The notes under the pieces were generated by a model, which had not been told where the DNA came from, searched no databases, and worked only from the letters and a program-made list of their open reading frames with translations. A stretch of DNA of 63,468 nt, filler included, from Welwitschia mirabilis (Eukaryota): NCBI GenBank assembly GCA_051453625.1. It is 5 parts of one record of this genome, joined end to end, with 100 filler letters (N's around TTAATTAATTAA, not from the genome) between each part and the next. Parts side by side here need not be neighbours in the genome. Positions count along the whole stretch, not along the records: positions 1 to 24,929 come from JBOZIK010000001.1; 4 more parts are not named here. One strand, given 5' to 3'. Of the stretch, positions 1 through 12,699 are shown in pieces. The position numbers were made by a program, and so were the translations under genes. Every line of letters begins with the position of its first letter. Position 1 is the stretch's first letter.

Positions 1-184
1 AAGGTGTAGGAGTCAAGAGTTATCAGATTGGCTATTAAGGACGGCTTGTGTCCTTACCCTTTTCTTCATTCTAATAGGGAGCTCTGCATTGCTTCCGTGG
101 TTAATCCCCACATTGGGGTTTTCCACGTAAATCTGGTGTGTTGATGTTTGCATTTTGCTTTTGCTATGCTACATTTTTCTAACA
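1..184 (+). mobile_element. 3' part of a Copia-type LTR (runs off the window start)
   Basis: Contains GGGGTTTTCCACGTAAATCTGGTGT, resembling the U5 motif common in plant Copia LTRs. A T-rich tract follows and ends in ...TTCTAACA at 184. Confidence 0.5.
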
Positions 185-618
185 GCAATTTCTAAGGTTC
201 TGTTGATCCCTATAGAAGCTGAAAGTTGAAAATCTAAAATGGGAAAAAAAGGGATGTAGAAGACAATTCGGTTAGGCTTGGCAGCTCCTGGATCAAAACC
301 AAAACCTGCGATTTGTGTATTTTGTAACACAAAGTACCACGGTGGAGTTTCGCAACTGAAGTTCCACTTAGGTGGAATAAAATCAAAGGGAATAACACTA
401 CATTCAAAACCACCATCAAAAGTAAAACAGAAATGTCAAACATAGGGACGAGAAGTGAAATAAAAACAAGGAGTTGAAGCAAAAAAGGCCAAAGCTACAC
501 AAACATTTCAATAACTTGTTGCTTTTGCAAGAGTTGGTGCGTAGTCATGTTTTGAGGGTAATTATGCTAGAACAAGAAGCTCTTCTACTCTGCAATCCAA
601 AGCAATCCCCTTTTTAAT

Positions 619-2606
619 GTGGCCAAAGGATCAAATGTGTTTTCGTCATTCACAACACCGAGTTCAGAGCCCCCAACTATCTGTGAAGGTACAAAAACGA
701 TGGTCACATCTTCATTCTATGTTTGTGCAATTCCCTTTAATGCTACAAGGAGCCGATTTTACCAAAGAATTCTCAATGTAATCATCATAGTAGGTACAGG
801 ATTCAAAGCACGTACATATAATCAATTGGAAGGGCCACTTCTTGATGACCATGCAAGTTACATTAAGAAACTACTTATAGAACATACGGTAAAGAATATT
901 TAATACATGGATCTTATTAACTTTTTAAATTTTTGTAGATTTGCTACATGGCTTAAATTCTAATGCATTAATTAAATCTTCTAGCATACACGGGACAAAT
1001 ATGGATGCTTCATTATGGCTAATGGATGAACAGCCTCTAAGAGGAGGACACTAATTAATTGTCTTGTAGCCTCTAGGAAGGGAATAATGTTTGTCAAATC
1101 TGTAAATGCCTTCAATCATGTCAAGGGCTTAGATTATTTACTTATATTATTCGAGCACATAGTGAACTTGGTTAGGGCAAATAATGTCGTGCAATTCATT
1201 ATATATAATGCCTCTAACTATGTTAAGGTAGGGGAAGAGTTGATGAAGTAACATCTAACTATTTATTGGACACCTTATGCTCCTCACTGTCTTGATTTGT
1301 TGTTGAAGGACTTGTCAAAAGTTTAGTATATAATAGAGATATTATATTATTATTGATTCATTATTTAGTTAATAAATGTCTTGTTACTCCTGTAGTCTTG
1401 TATCATACTTTGTTAATTAGTATCTATTAGTTTACTACATTACGTATATTGGTGATTGTTTTTTAAATTTATTACTTTTATAGGCCATTAATGGAGTAAA
1501 ACAAATTGGCAAATTTGTTTACAACCATGCTATCATCTTAAGTCTTACGAGGAAATAAACTAAAGGGAAAGATCTTGTTAGGCCTAGAACAACTCGCTAT
1601 GCCACACCCTTGCTCACATTGAAAAGCTTGCAGATGAAGTCCATACAACTTATGCAAGCTTTTGCCTCTAATAATTGGCTATGTCGAGAAGACTTGCTCC
1701 AATATCATACTTCTCCTAATGATAGGGAAGTTAGTGAGTTGGCTTACAACAACACATTTTGGGAGAAAGTAGTCAAGCCTGCGAAGGTAAATGTATTATG
1801 TAAAAGATTTTTATCTTAGTCCTTTTGTTATTGACAAACTTAACAAATTTTTCATATTTCTTGTAGGTTCTTAAGCCTTTTGTCCATAGGCTTTGCATGG
1901 TTAATGCAGATAGATGTCCAATGGCAAAAATATATGAACCAACGGATGTAGCTAAGACAAATTGCAAACTTTTGCAATGGTAAAGGCAAGTACAAGCCAT
2001 TTTGGGATCTCATTAATCGAAGATTAAACAACTAGATCCACAAACCCTTCCATGCAGCAACGCACCATCTTAACTCTAAATTTGTTTATGCAAAAGAAGG
2101 ACTTGAATATGAAGTACATCTAGAAGTTAAGTTGGGCTTCCATGACACATTGAAAATGTTAGTTCCTAACATGGATGAGCAAGAGCTTATGATTAAACAA
2201 CTTCACCAATTTTTGAAAGGAGGAGGACCCTTGTTTAGCAAGCCTCTTGCTCATAGATATAGGAACACAATATTTGTAGGTAATAGCATATTAAATTTAC
2301 ATTTGTGCATAGTTACTTTTTTTTTCTTTTTGTTTTTTTTTTTTTTGATCAATTAGCTTTCATTTTAGACTTTTGTTTGTGCATGGTGGGAGGAAAGGGG
2401 CAATTTCACTCCTAAACTTAAGAAATTGGCAATCAAAATATTCAGTTAGCATTGCAATGCTTCTAAGTGTGAACGAAATTGGAGTGCCTTTGAGCAAATC
2501 TACACAAAGAAGTAAAGAATGCTAACCATGCAATGGATAGATAAACTTGGCTACGTACATTGTAATATGAAAATTAGGTTCAAAGTTTCAACTCCCACAA
2601 AAAATG
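619..2606 (+). pseudogene. hAT-superfamily transposase pseudogene (DUF659 region + hATC dimerisation domain), four introns
   Basis: Translated motifs: IPFNATRSRFYQ...GFKARTYNQL, GCFIMANG*TASKRRTLINCLVAS, NVVQFIIYNASNY, IYWTPYAPHCLDLLLKD, WWEERG...LAIKIFS*HCNASKCERNWSAFEQIYTKK. GT-AG introns at about 889-984, 1321-1483, 1787-1866 and 2280-2368. Multiple in-frame stops; runs into an N gap at 2607. Confidence 0.9.
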
Positions 2607-3954
2607 NNNNNNNNNNNNNNNNNNNNNNNNNNNNNNNNNNNNNNNNNNNNNNNNNNNNNNNNNNNNNNNNNNNNNNNNNNNNNNNNNNNNNNNNNNNNNN
2701 NNNNNNNNNNNNNNNNNNNNNNNNNNNNNNNNNNNNNNNNNNNNNNNNNNNNNNNNNNNNNNNNNNNNNNNNNNNNNNNNNNNNNNNNNNNNNNNNNNNN
2801 NNNNNNNNNNNNNNNNNNNNNNNNNNNNNNNNNNNNNNNNNNNNNNNNNNNNNNNNNNNNNNNNNNNNNNNNNNNNNNNNNNNNNNNNNNNNNNNNNNNN
2901 NNNNNNNNNNNNNNNNNNNNNNNNNNNNNNNNNNNNNNNNNNNNNNNNNNNNNNNNNNNNNNNNNNNNNNNNNNNNNNNNNNNNNNNNNNNNNNNNNNNN
3001 NNNNNNNNNNNNNNNNNNNNNNNNNNNNNNNNNNNNNNNNNNNNNNNNNNNNNNNNNNNNNNNNNNNNNNNNNNNNNNNNNNNNNNNNNNNNNNNNNNNN
3101 NNNNNNNNNNNNNNNNNNNNNNNNNNNNNNNNNNNNNNNNNNNNNNNNNNNNNNNNNNNNNNNNNNNNNNNNNNNNNNNNNNNNNNNNNNNNNNNNNNNN
3201 NNNNNNNNNNNNNNNNNNNNNNNNNNNNNNNNNNNNNNNNNNNNNNNNNNNNNNNNNNNNNNNNNNNNNNNNNNNNNNNNNNNNNNNNNNNNNNNNNNNN
3301 NNNNNNNNNNNNNNNNNNNNNNNNNNNNNNNNNNNNNNNNNNNNNNNNNNNNNNNNNNNNNNNNNNNNNNNNNNNNNNNNNNNNNNNNNNNNNNNNNNAT
3401 CATGGTTTGTATCTTGTGAGTGCTAGAGTATCTACCAATCAACTAGATATGGATCCTTTTGATATTGAGTTTCTTGAGACAACCATCAAGTAGGAGCAAG
3501 CCATGACAATGCAAAAGGCAAGGCTTATTCAAAAAGCCAAGCTTCAACCTCATAGAGGAAAAGCATCTAGATGAGGATAACTTGAAGATGATCGAAATCT
3601 ATCATCCACTATTTCTTGTTTTGCGATTTTTTCTTTTCTTTTTTATTTTGTTTGGGTATTCATCATGTACTTCAGAACTTGGATCAGTTGAATGTTTTGA
3701 CTCTTCTAGGATGATGATTTGTCATTTGCAACTTTGCATTTTTAAATTTTATTAGTGTTTTATGGCACTTATGTGGTTGAATCTTTGAGTAATACAATGC
3801 TCAATTACCTATATGTTTTCTTTTCAAATATATCATAACATTGAAAATTAAAATTATAGTCTTTAGTTTGACAAATTATTGTCATCACAAATGCAAGGAT
3901 GTCTAAAAAAACAACATATGTTTTCTTTTTCTTTTTCTTTTTTTTTTTTAATAT

Positions 3955-4025
3955 TCGTGATCCAGAGTGAGCTTGTGATCCAAGATCTCCAAAGCAAAAA
4001 AGTGATCTGTGATCCACTGCAATCT
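3955..4025 (+). repeat. Cluster of GTGATC(C) motifs, probable 3' subterminal repeats of the hAT element
   Basis: GTGATCC/GTGATCT occurs four times, plus one GATCT, within about 70 nt downstream of the transposase. This fits CpG-decayed CGATCC-type hAT subterminal repeats. No TIR was resolved. Confidence 0.4.
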
Positions 4026-4300
4026 GTGCAAGTATGATGTAAAGTTAGGGTTCACCTGAGTGGAGAGTTATAAATAGGGAGGTTGGCATAGAGGAAAGGC
4101 ATTGAAGTCAAAAGAACATCATGTGTTCCTATATTCTCATTTTTTAAGAAGAGATTCTGCACTGTTTCCATGGGTGTAGGGTACAAAGAGTTTGAACCAC
4201 ATTGAATCTTGCATTTTGCGTTGCTGCTTTGTTTCCTTGATTGCTCTAAGTTTGTGACATTTATCGCAAACTCATCCTAAGTGCTAACTGCTAAAAAACA
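4026..4300 (+). mobile_element. Copia-like LTR fragment (boundaries approximate)
   Basis: TATAAATAGGGAGG promoter motif at about 4069, followed by ...CCATGGGTGTAGG...GAACCACATTGAATCTTG, a layout typical of Copia R/U5 regions. Confidence 0.4.
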
Positions 4301-6560
4301 TCAGACGAAGGAACGTATAGAGATTCTCTCGTAGGATCTGTGCTAATTCATCATAAAGGGTTGCATTAAAATCCACTACGCGATTTAGTTTGTTTATGAT
4401 CAACTAAAGTTTCAATTTGATTCTCAATGCCTTGACTAGCATTGGTTAGTTGCCCCAAGTTGGGATAGTTGATATCATTCATGTTAAGGGATTCTCCATG
4501 ATGAAGGTTGGCTCTTCTAATATGAAGCATAATTCTATCAATGGGTGAATGACTGAAATTTGGGCCATCAAGTTTATACAAGATGATACTATTATCAAAT
4601 TCAAAAAGCGCCATTCGTTCTCAACCAGGTCAGTCAACTCAAAGACCATGCAAAGCTTGGACCATGCAGAAATTGGCACAATAGTGAAGGTATTCTTCTC
4701 CAATAATAGAAAGGCCATTGTAAGTGTTTCCTTGCTTAACAGACATCTTGAATACTAGCTCGGGTTCTGAATGAGGTTTAAATGAAAGATCACAATTCCA
4801 CTTTGCTACAAAGTCTTAAACTTTGAAGGCGAGCTAAACTGGACATCCAATAGAGCTTCGTATTAGTACTAGGAATATGAATGTTAAGACATTTGGGTTT
4901 TCAAGCTATGGAACTATGCATCTAATGGTTTCTTTGACAAAGTTCGAACCTCCAAATGACATACTGGGCATCTACAAGGATATTTGGATGTCGAAATGAG
5001 AAGGTTGAGATGGGAAGTTTAAGTAAGAAGCAAGAGGTCTGGATGTTCAAAAGTGAGGTTTAGGTGTCTAATCACATGAATTGTGCCCTAAAAGATTAGA
5101 AAAGTCATTTGAAGGCCTCATAGAAGATACAATCATCAAGAACAAAAAAAAAAAAGGAGATGGGAAATTGTGGGAAAAAATTTATGATTTTTGAAAAAGA
5201 AATGTCAATAAAAGAACGATGGTAAATATATGCTCATGATTAGTGAGGAAGGCCCTACTAGCATCAAATTTGTAAGGGTATGAATCTACTAGTCCCCTCC
5301 ACTGCCTAGGGCTTTTAATGTGGACAATGCTAGCATTTTATGTTAAGATGGGTAAGGTTTCTACTATGGACATGCTAGGGTTTTATGTTTAGATGGGTTT
5401 TTATGGCAGCATAACGAGAATGATAAGGGTTTACATGGGCCTTTGTCATCTTATCGTTACATAAAATGCAAAATGTGAAAATAAATTGATGCTAAAATAT
5501 GAGAACTTAAACAACTGTTGAAAAAAATATTTGAAAATGCAAAACTTGTGAATTGACAGCAAATGCAACAGCCCATTTCACTAACAGATCGCAGTAACAA
5601 AGGCCCATGCATGCCCAAAACATACAAAAATAATTGTTGGATGATTGCTCTAAGGGGTTTTGGATGTTTGGATGAATGGATAGAATGTGATTATGGCTTG
5701 CAACTTGTGTGATGTTTGCAGCTTTGATTTCCCTCTAGGTAACGGTGCTTGACAACATGGATGATAGATAGATTGCTAACATGACATTCCATTCCAAAAT
5801 GTTTTGTTTAATTGGTATTTATAATGAAGGTTTTTAGGGGACATTCCACTTGTCAAAAGAGGGTATGTTGCCATTGTCAAGGTATTCAAGGCACAAGGGT
5901 GTCAGAACCTAAGCAACGAGGTTGTTTTGGAGGTCCAGATGGGTTTAGAGGCCCTACCTAATGGGTTTGTGCTTTGTACACATAGCCAGAAAAGGGAGCT
6001 AAATATAGGGATTCTGACAATTCAGGGTGAAATAAAAGATTTTCAAGGCTGGATGAACGATATGATGTGCAAAAAGGGTTATGGCTGTCAAGGCACAACT
6101 TACAACACCACATCGTTGGATACATCAAATTTCACTATTAAAATTTTAATCTTCATCAACTACAGATCATGACTTTCATTGTCAATTCTAATATCAAGAA
6201 ATTATTCACTCTGTCAATAGATTTTTAATAACAGAAGTCAATCAGCGATTAGAATGTGAAGAACATGGTGCAACAAGCAAGTTGGCAAAGCAAAAGCAAA
6301 TACTCAAGAAGATGTATTTTCACCTGGAGAAGACAAACAAGGTTAAACCCTATCATTGAGTTGTTCAGGCTTCTGTCATATGCCATGATTGGTAGTTGAT
6401 GATGTTAAGTGTGGAGAAAAAGATGCCTCCAGAATGGAAAGTAACTCTAGAAGTAGTTGTAGGTGAAACTCCTCAAGTGATTGGTATTGATCAAGTAAGT
6501 CCAACTCTAAGCAAAGTCAGTGACAATCAGTTGCTCCTTTTCTTGCTGCTGGAACTATAG

Positions 6561-6649
6561 TTAGTCATATGCCTTGATATCTTCCTCAACGTGACAAGCT
6601 GAAGCATGGCACAAAAACCCTAGCTGATTCCAGAAGAATATATTTGATC
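6561..6649 (-). CDS. Candidate terminal exon of unidentified host gene (GSNIFFWNQLGFLCHASACHVEEDIKAYD*)
   Basis: Acceptor cttacacAG at 6650-6651 (minus). Phase 1 matches the donor at 8070, and the frame is open to TAA at 6561-6563. An alternative last exon at 6304-6323 (GENTSS*) also fits phase 1. Confidence 0.45.
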
Positions 6650-8070
6650 CTGTGTAAGTTTTGCAGGACTACATGTTTGATCATGTTTAAGCTTCAACGG
6701 AGGCCTCTGGTGGACAGAAGAGACAGACTGGGTTTTCTATCACTAAATGGCACAGAAACGCCCAAAATTACCTTTATAATGGAATAGCTTTTGCATCATT
6801 TTAGCGTTTCATTCATTTCTGGAGCACTTTCCTGAGACTCTACATGCTATCTAGAATGTTAACACTTATTGCAGCTTCTAAATTAAACTTTAAAATTGCA
6901 AGGCCCAAAACTATCACAGAATCAGATCCAAACATAATTGTGATAACACAAAGTTAAGGAATAGAAAACTCTAAATAAGTAATATAGGCCATAAGCCCGT
7001 AATGAACTCAAGATTGAAAGCGTTTAATTCATCATCTCAAACCAGTTTGAGGTAAACCGTAAGCCACTGTTTTCCATTAACCTAGAAAGATAAAATATAT
7101 GATTCGAGAACTTCTTGGATACATTTTCATTTATCCAGAATTTGTGAATCAACAATGCCTGATGTATGAAGTTTCACCGCCGTCTATGCTTTAAGACAAG
7201 AAATGATTCACACAACAATTAGTGTAAGATCGATACAACTAACTCATTTATTTACATGCATTGCCCTCGTTTACCCTATCTTTTATTGAAAGTTGGTGTT
7301 GTATTTGCCACATTTCCAAGACTTTTGTCTTATATCAACAAAAACTAAATGAGGGTCTGTAAATTTGTCACAACAATTAATTAGGTCATAAGGAAATCCA
7401 GAGATGTAACTACGTAAAGCTAACTTGTTAATCATGACATCATTAAAAGTGTTATGAAAGAGAAGGTGATAAATAATAAATGCAAGTAAAGAAATAGGAA
7501 GAACAAAAATATAGCACAGAATTCATCGGGTGAAATCCTCTAATGCAGAGAGAAATATCCTTGAGAAAGCCAAGCAAGCATTCAGTTACTTAACAACAAA
7601 ATGAAATAAGATACAAGAAAAAAGGATTTCCAGACATCTTATAGAGGAATAGCTTAACTGACCATGGCAATCTGATCTACAGCTACTATACAGACAGCCA
7701 ACATTACATGCAGAAGGAGAGAATTCCACTATCCACCATAACAAATACATGTGATGCGAATGCTGAAAGCCATGCTTCACATCATAAGTTTAGATCAACA
7801 ATTATTTAAACAACAGACAGAAGTTAATCCAATGTGTGACTTCACACCAAATGCAACAACACTCATTTACGCAGTGCAACATCATCAAAGATAATGTTAA
7901 TAAAAACATCAGATTGATTAGAGTGTCATCAAGCGAACAGCCATCGTATTTGTCGAGATAATTAAATATTCAAGATATCTTAATGAAAAATCAGATTCAA
8001 TCAGTTATTAAAGTCATATTCCAAGCAAAACACGAGTAGGAACAAGAAGAAGAAGCAGCTACCAGTAAAC

Positions 8071-8587
8071 CTGTTGGAAGGTGTCGGTTGAAGAAATCGA
8101 ACTCCTTGCCAAGCAGCGACAGCAGGTGTGTTATTTCAAAAGATTGAGATGTTATTGTATCATCTAAGAAAGACAAAGGAGAGAATTTACAAATCTCTGT
8201 AAGGGAGTGATCAAAAGGAAGGAACAAGTGTGAAAATACAGAGAGATCATTCAATTGTTTAGACAACTTTAAATTATCAATATCAATAAAGCTGTCAACT
8301 AGAGGCCTTGAAAGAAGCTCATATAATGAATGAGAATTTTCTGAAGTTGTGATAATTGCATCTGATAAAGCATTCCTGACTTTCTTAAGTTCAGAATTCG
8401 CAGACCCATATGAATCAGATATTTCATTATCCACTTTGACAGTGCAAAAGAACTCTTGCAGAAGCATCCATATGGCAACATTGTCAATCAAATGCTTCTT
8501 CCTCATTTCTCCATTGCTTCCATTATGAAAATCCAAGAAATGAAAATTAAATATCAGTTGGACACCTCCTGGCCCTACAATATCACC
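8071..8587 (-). CDS. Internal exon (172 codons +1 nt) of unidentified host protein-coding gene
   Basis: Lies in the stop-free 216-aa ORF 7997-8647, the longest gap-free ORF in the window. Acceptor ctatttcacAG|GGT and donor ACAG|GTTTAC. Encodes GDIVGPGGVQLIFNFHFLDF...FNRHLPT with no TE motifs. Confidence 0.8.
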
Positions 8588-8687
8588 CTGTGAAATAGAC
8601 ATTTTCAGATGGTTCAAAGCAGCATGTAAAACACATCTGGTCAACAAAAAAAAAAAAGGTTATGGATCACAGGAAAGAAAATCTCAC

Positions 8688-8912
8688 AGGGATCTCTGAC
8701 TTAACAAAATCCAGTTTCAACCACTTGAAATTCTGTGGAAAGAGCCCAGCTAATATTTTTCCACCTTTGTCGGGATGCAGTTGTCGTTCAACACAGTACC
8801 GTGTCATAGATGTTTCATTTTCAGTATCATCTCTCCAATTGCAAATTTCCTCCTTTACTGTACTGAAGCTTACATTAGTAGCAAATTGTGCTTCAGAGTT
8901 CCTTCTTTCAAC
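8688..8912 (-). CDS. Internal exon (75 codons) of the same host gene
   Basis: Acceptor ttttacAG|GTT and donor CCT|GTGAG. A phase-0, 100-nt U-rich intron (8588-8687) joins it in frame to the 8071-8587 exon. Encodes VERRNSEAQF...FPQNFKWLKLDFVKSEIP. Confidence 0.75.
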
Positions 8913-9965
8913 CTGTAAAAGGCCAATCTGTGCAGCATACAATTTTCTCAAGATGAATCAAACAACTTCAGTGTGAAAAATAAAAATTTAACATGAAAGA
9001 GAAATAAAGAACCTTAAGATAAGAAAAGAAACAGAAAATGATAACTGGCAAACAAAAAGAATGTTTAGTAAAAACTTATACAGTCCTATTTTGCATGTCT
9101 ACTTGCAAAAACAAGAATAAAGTTTACTTTCTTGAAAATAAAATACTACTTAACTATTACATGCTCAAACTTCAAAGTGATTATAACACCTAAACTCCTA
9201 TCAATGAAATAATGAGAACCAGAATTCTTGAAAAAGAACCAAATAAACATCCTCTCCCAATCTAGAGGATGTATGGGGAAATTTCATATGAAAAGTACAT
9301 ATAACACATCATTCTGGCAAGTTTGCAAAAAAACAGTCTAATGAAATTTTTTATGTGACATGCCTCAAATCACTTCAAAAACAAAAAAAAAAAAAGAGAT
9401 GCATTAAAGACATCTTCACAATTTCATTCATGATTATCTTCTTTTTCTGTTTGACAGCATTTATAACTTGTGAGAAAAATCATTTTCTAATGTCAAATAA
9501 GTTTGTAAGGTCGACAATAAAAGAATTATTTTACACATCCCTTATTACTGTCCATAATTCATGCTTTAAAGATATTGAGACAGTATCTGTAAGGGGGAAA
9601 AAATCTGGTCTTAGATCTCAGGGACTAGAACTTTTACAACACATAACATCATTAGAAATATACCTATGTAGATTGATGGCGCTACTTTTGAACATGATAT
9701 CAAGTCCCACTACATCCGAAAGCGGGAAAAAATTGGTTTACAGATGCAAAAGATCATATGTGAATGAATTTCTCGCTTGAGTCTTGACAAACAATGTGTA
9801 TCCAATTCTGATAATCAAGATACCTTCAGAGCGCCTATTCTTTGATGCGAACAAGAAATGTAGTTGGATGGAGCAAATTTACAGAATGATATCAAGTTCA
9901 ATACATCTAAGGGGAAGGTCAGTAAGGTCTATAGATGTCCAAAATCATATGGGAGAATTTCTCAC

Positions 9966-10046
9966 TCTTGATAAAAATGTGCATCCATTCTGATAGGCAA
10001 TGTATCTACAAAGAACCAGTTCTTCGACAATATTTTGAATTCCAAA
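9966..10046 (-). CDS. Probable internal exon (27 codons, FGIQNIVEELVLCRYIAYQNGCTFLSR) of the same host gene
   Basis: Acceptor ttcttgcAG|TTT and donor AGA|GTGAG. Exactly 81 nt, phase 0, and in frame with the 8688-8912 exon. Confidence 0.55.
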
Positions 10047-10848
10047 CTGCAAGAATATCTGTTGCCCAATGGTCTAGCCACCACAAAAGCTATTTATTGC
10101 ATATTATCCTGCTTAAAATATTCAAATTTAATAGTATATGGAGATTAGAAGTTAAAACTTCAAAGATAAATGACATGACCTTAATTGTGAACACAGAGTC
10201 AAAAACTCTAGTAAAGATGGAGAATGGCATATTTAATTACCCATCCAAAGTATGCGGCTTTCTTAAGAGGCATCACTTTTACAATCATGTTACCTGCTAT
10301 GTTGAGGGTGAATTATGATGTTCAATTTACTTGGAAATCAGAACCCAGAGAAGGGGCAAACATCGGTGACTACAAAGCTGGCAACTTTGTAACACGATAA
10401 TCAAAAGTAGAAAGCTACGACAGCATCAAGTTTGGTAGTTATCAAATGACAACAGATTTTGCTGAATGTTAATAGTCTGACACCAAGAGATAGTTCCAAC
10501 TAATATCAATGGATATCAATTTGTAATCTCGCAAATCAGTTATGAAGAAGTACACCCACCCTCCCCCTTCACCCAATACCGCTTGCAAGTGATCACCAAG
10601 AGGTAGGCATTGTGGAAACACGATAAACATCTTTTCTCAAGACAATGATAGTACACAAATGACATAATAATAGGATCTCAGGATAGGTGATCAAACAAAG
10701 GAATTGATCCTCAACGCTTGAAGAATTAATGATTACAAGCAAAAAAGTCAACTCTTAAAGAGAGAAACACACAAAAGGAGCCTAAAGGCTCAAATAAGAA
10801 ACTTGCAAACCTGAACACCTAACTTTTATTGAGGTGAACCATGTTAGA

Positions 10849-11600
10849 AGGAATGCTTTGAACAAGGGACAAAAAGATCAAATGCTAATCGAAAATTGAT
10901 ATAAATGTATTAAGACGACAACAGTATGATGTATCAGGCAGCAGGCACCAACACAAGGGACTTCAGAAAACAAATACTTAGCTCAGGTGTCGAACAACAG
11001 AAGCCACAATAAACAAGATGGAAACAGCAGAAGCCACAATAAACAAGATTTGAAACATTGTGAGATCCTCATTAGAAGGACAAGCGAGCAAATAACAATT
11101 ATCATCAAATGACACCAAATGCTGTGAAGTTTTAACAGTTTAATATGTTATTATAGCACCAAGTAATAGCACTAGGTACGAATCAATGCTGTGACAAATG
11201 AGATATCAAGAAGGCCTGGAAAACTGATTATTACAAACAAAAATTTCTAATATTATTAAAAAGCATCTAGTGAAAGAAGCATGAGGTCTCAAACTCAAAG
11301 TCAACTAGATAGAGATGAAACACATAGAAGAATAAAACTGATGTCAAGAAACTTTCAATATTTAGTACCAAATATAAATCAAGATAAGGCCTCTCAGATG
11401 GAATGCTTCAAACAAGAGACAAAAAGCTTGACTAAAAATTAAATATCTAATATAAATGTATTTGATATTGCAATAGTATAATGTACTAGGCAGGAAGATG
11501 TAGTACTTTATATTTTATAAGAACAAGATTTGGTTCAAGTATCACGTACTACAAGCTACATGAAACACAATGAAAACGCTTATTGTTCCTCACTAGAAGC
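10849..11600. repeat. Old ~220-nt direct duplication (about 10849-11075 and 11400-11600), with a 30-nt tandem pair at about 10997-11057
   Basis: GGAATGCTTTGAACAAGGGACAAAAAG versus GGAATGCTTCAAACAAGAGACAAAAAG, with continued patchy similarity. CAGAAGCCACAATAAACAAGAT occurs twice, 30 nt apart. Confidence 0.6.
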
Positions 11601-12264
11601 AACATTCCCCTAAACGGCACAAAGACATAAAAGCACAAGAATAGCCTTCTATGCAACAGACAAAAGAAAGTCATGTCCCTTTAGGATAAACTATTGAAAA
11701 ATAGGCAAACATTAAAAGAGATGTGATGTGCATTATCAGAAGGCCTTAAAGAATGAAGCATATGATGCATTAAGTGAAAGAGGTGTAAGAAATATGTCGA
11801 CAAAATAAAGTTACAGTAACACCCAAACTCGAGTTGGACGAACATTCACATCTAGGAGGAAAAAGACTAGGAAGGTAAAGAATGACACAAAGACATGAAA
11901 TCGAAAATGTACCACTTTAAGGTATATTAAAGAACTTGTAATGCCAAAACTACTATTTTAGGAAAGCTTTTCTGAACCAGTCTCAAAAAATAATAAAAGA
12001 TAATAATTAATAAGAAATGATGATTCCTATATTTTAACTTAAGACTTTTTTGTGTTTTCCACTCTAAGGGGTGTGTCCCTCCTTTAAGAGAGACATTCTT
12101 TAGTCATTAACTAACTAAATTCCTCAACAAGAGGTTAACATTTTATTAACCACTCATATTTCATGTTACTTTAACCTTGCATTAAATACTTTGACTACAT
12201 TATTCATTCCTTTCATCATTGGTTTAATAACAGTAAACCTTATTTAATTAATACATTTCACGAA

Positions 12265-12627
12265 TGTGGAAACAAAATGGCAAAGTGAGAACACATACAA
12301 TTTATAGGGAAAGCTCTTCAATGCAATGGGAGAAACCACAAGAAGTAAGCAGAGCTCTTACCCTTCACAAAACAGAACAGTCTAAGATTGTTCAAACATA
12401 CATGAAGCATGATCAAGATATTTCTTATACTCTCAAACCCTAGAGTAAGGGTACATGTAATTCATTAAACCCCAAAAATCCCAAAAGCCAACTAGGGTCA
12501 ACATCCTTTTACAACAGTACCTTAAAATGCACTTCAACACAACTTAACAAAGTAACCCATGGTCCCATAAAACATGCAGTAAACATCAAATTATAACAAA
12601 ATATGGGGTATAACGTTATACTAGACA
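12265..12627 (-). mobile_element. 3' LTR of Copia element
   Basis: On the minus strand a PPT-like GTCAAGGTAAAT precedes TGTCTAG at 12627, directly downstream of RNase H. The LTR ends ...TTTCCACA at 12265 after a Copia-like U5 tract. Confidence 0.65.
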
Positions 12628-12699
12628 ATTTACCTTGACACCAAACTCTCTCCGTTGAAGGTGAATTGTAACTATCTCAAAGAGTTGTGCTACTTCTAA

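Noticed and set aside
2519..3493. Long ORFs spanning N runs (also 24982-26266, 26414-27202, 49253-49852 and others)
   Set aside because: Their length comes from untranslatable N gaps, not coding sequence.
9664..9709. Extra exon candidate WDLISCSKVAPSIYI with AG/GT boundaries on the minus strand
   Set aside because: It ends in phase 1, which puts the next exon out of frame into an immediate stop.
9355..10318. Plus-strand ORFs of 141, 69 and 127 aa
   Set aside because: They are antisense to the intron/exon structure of the minus-strand gene and have no recognisable motifs.
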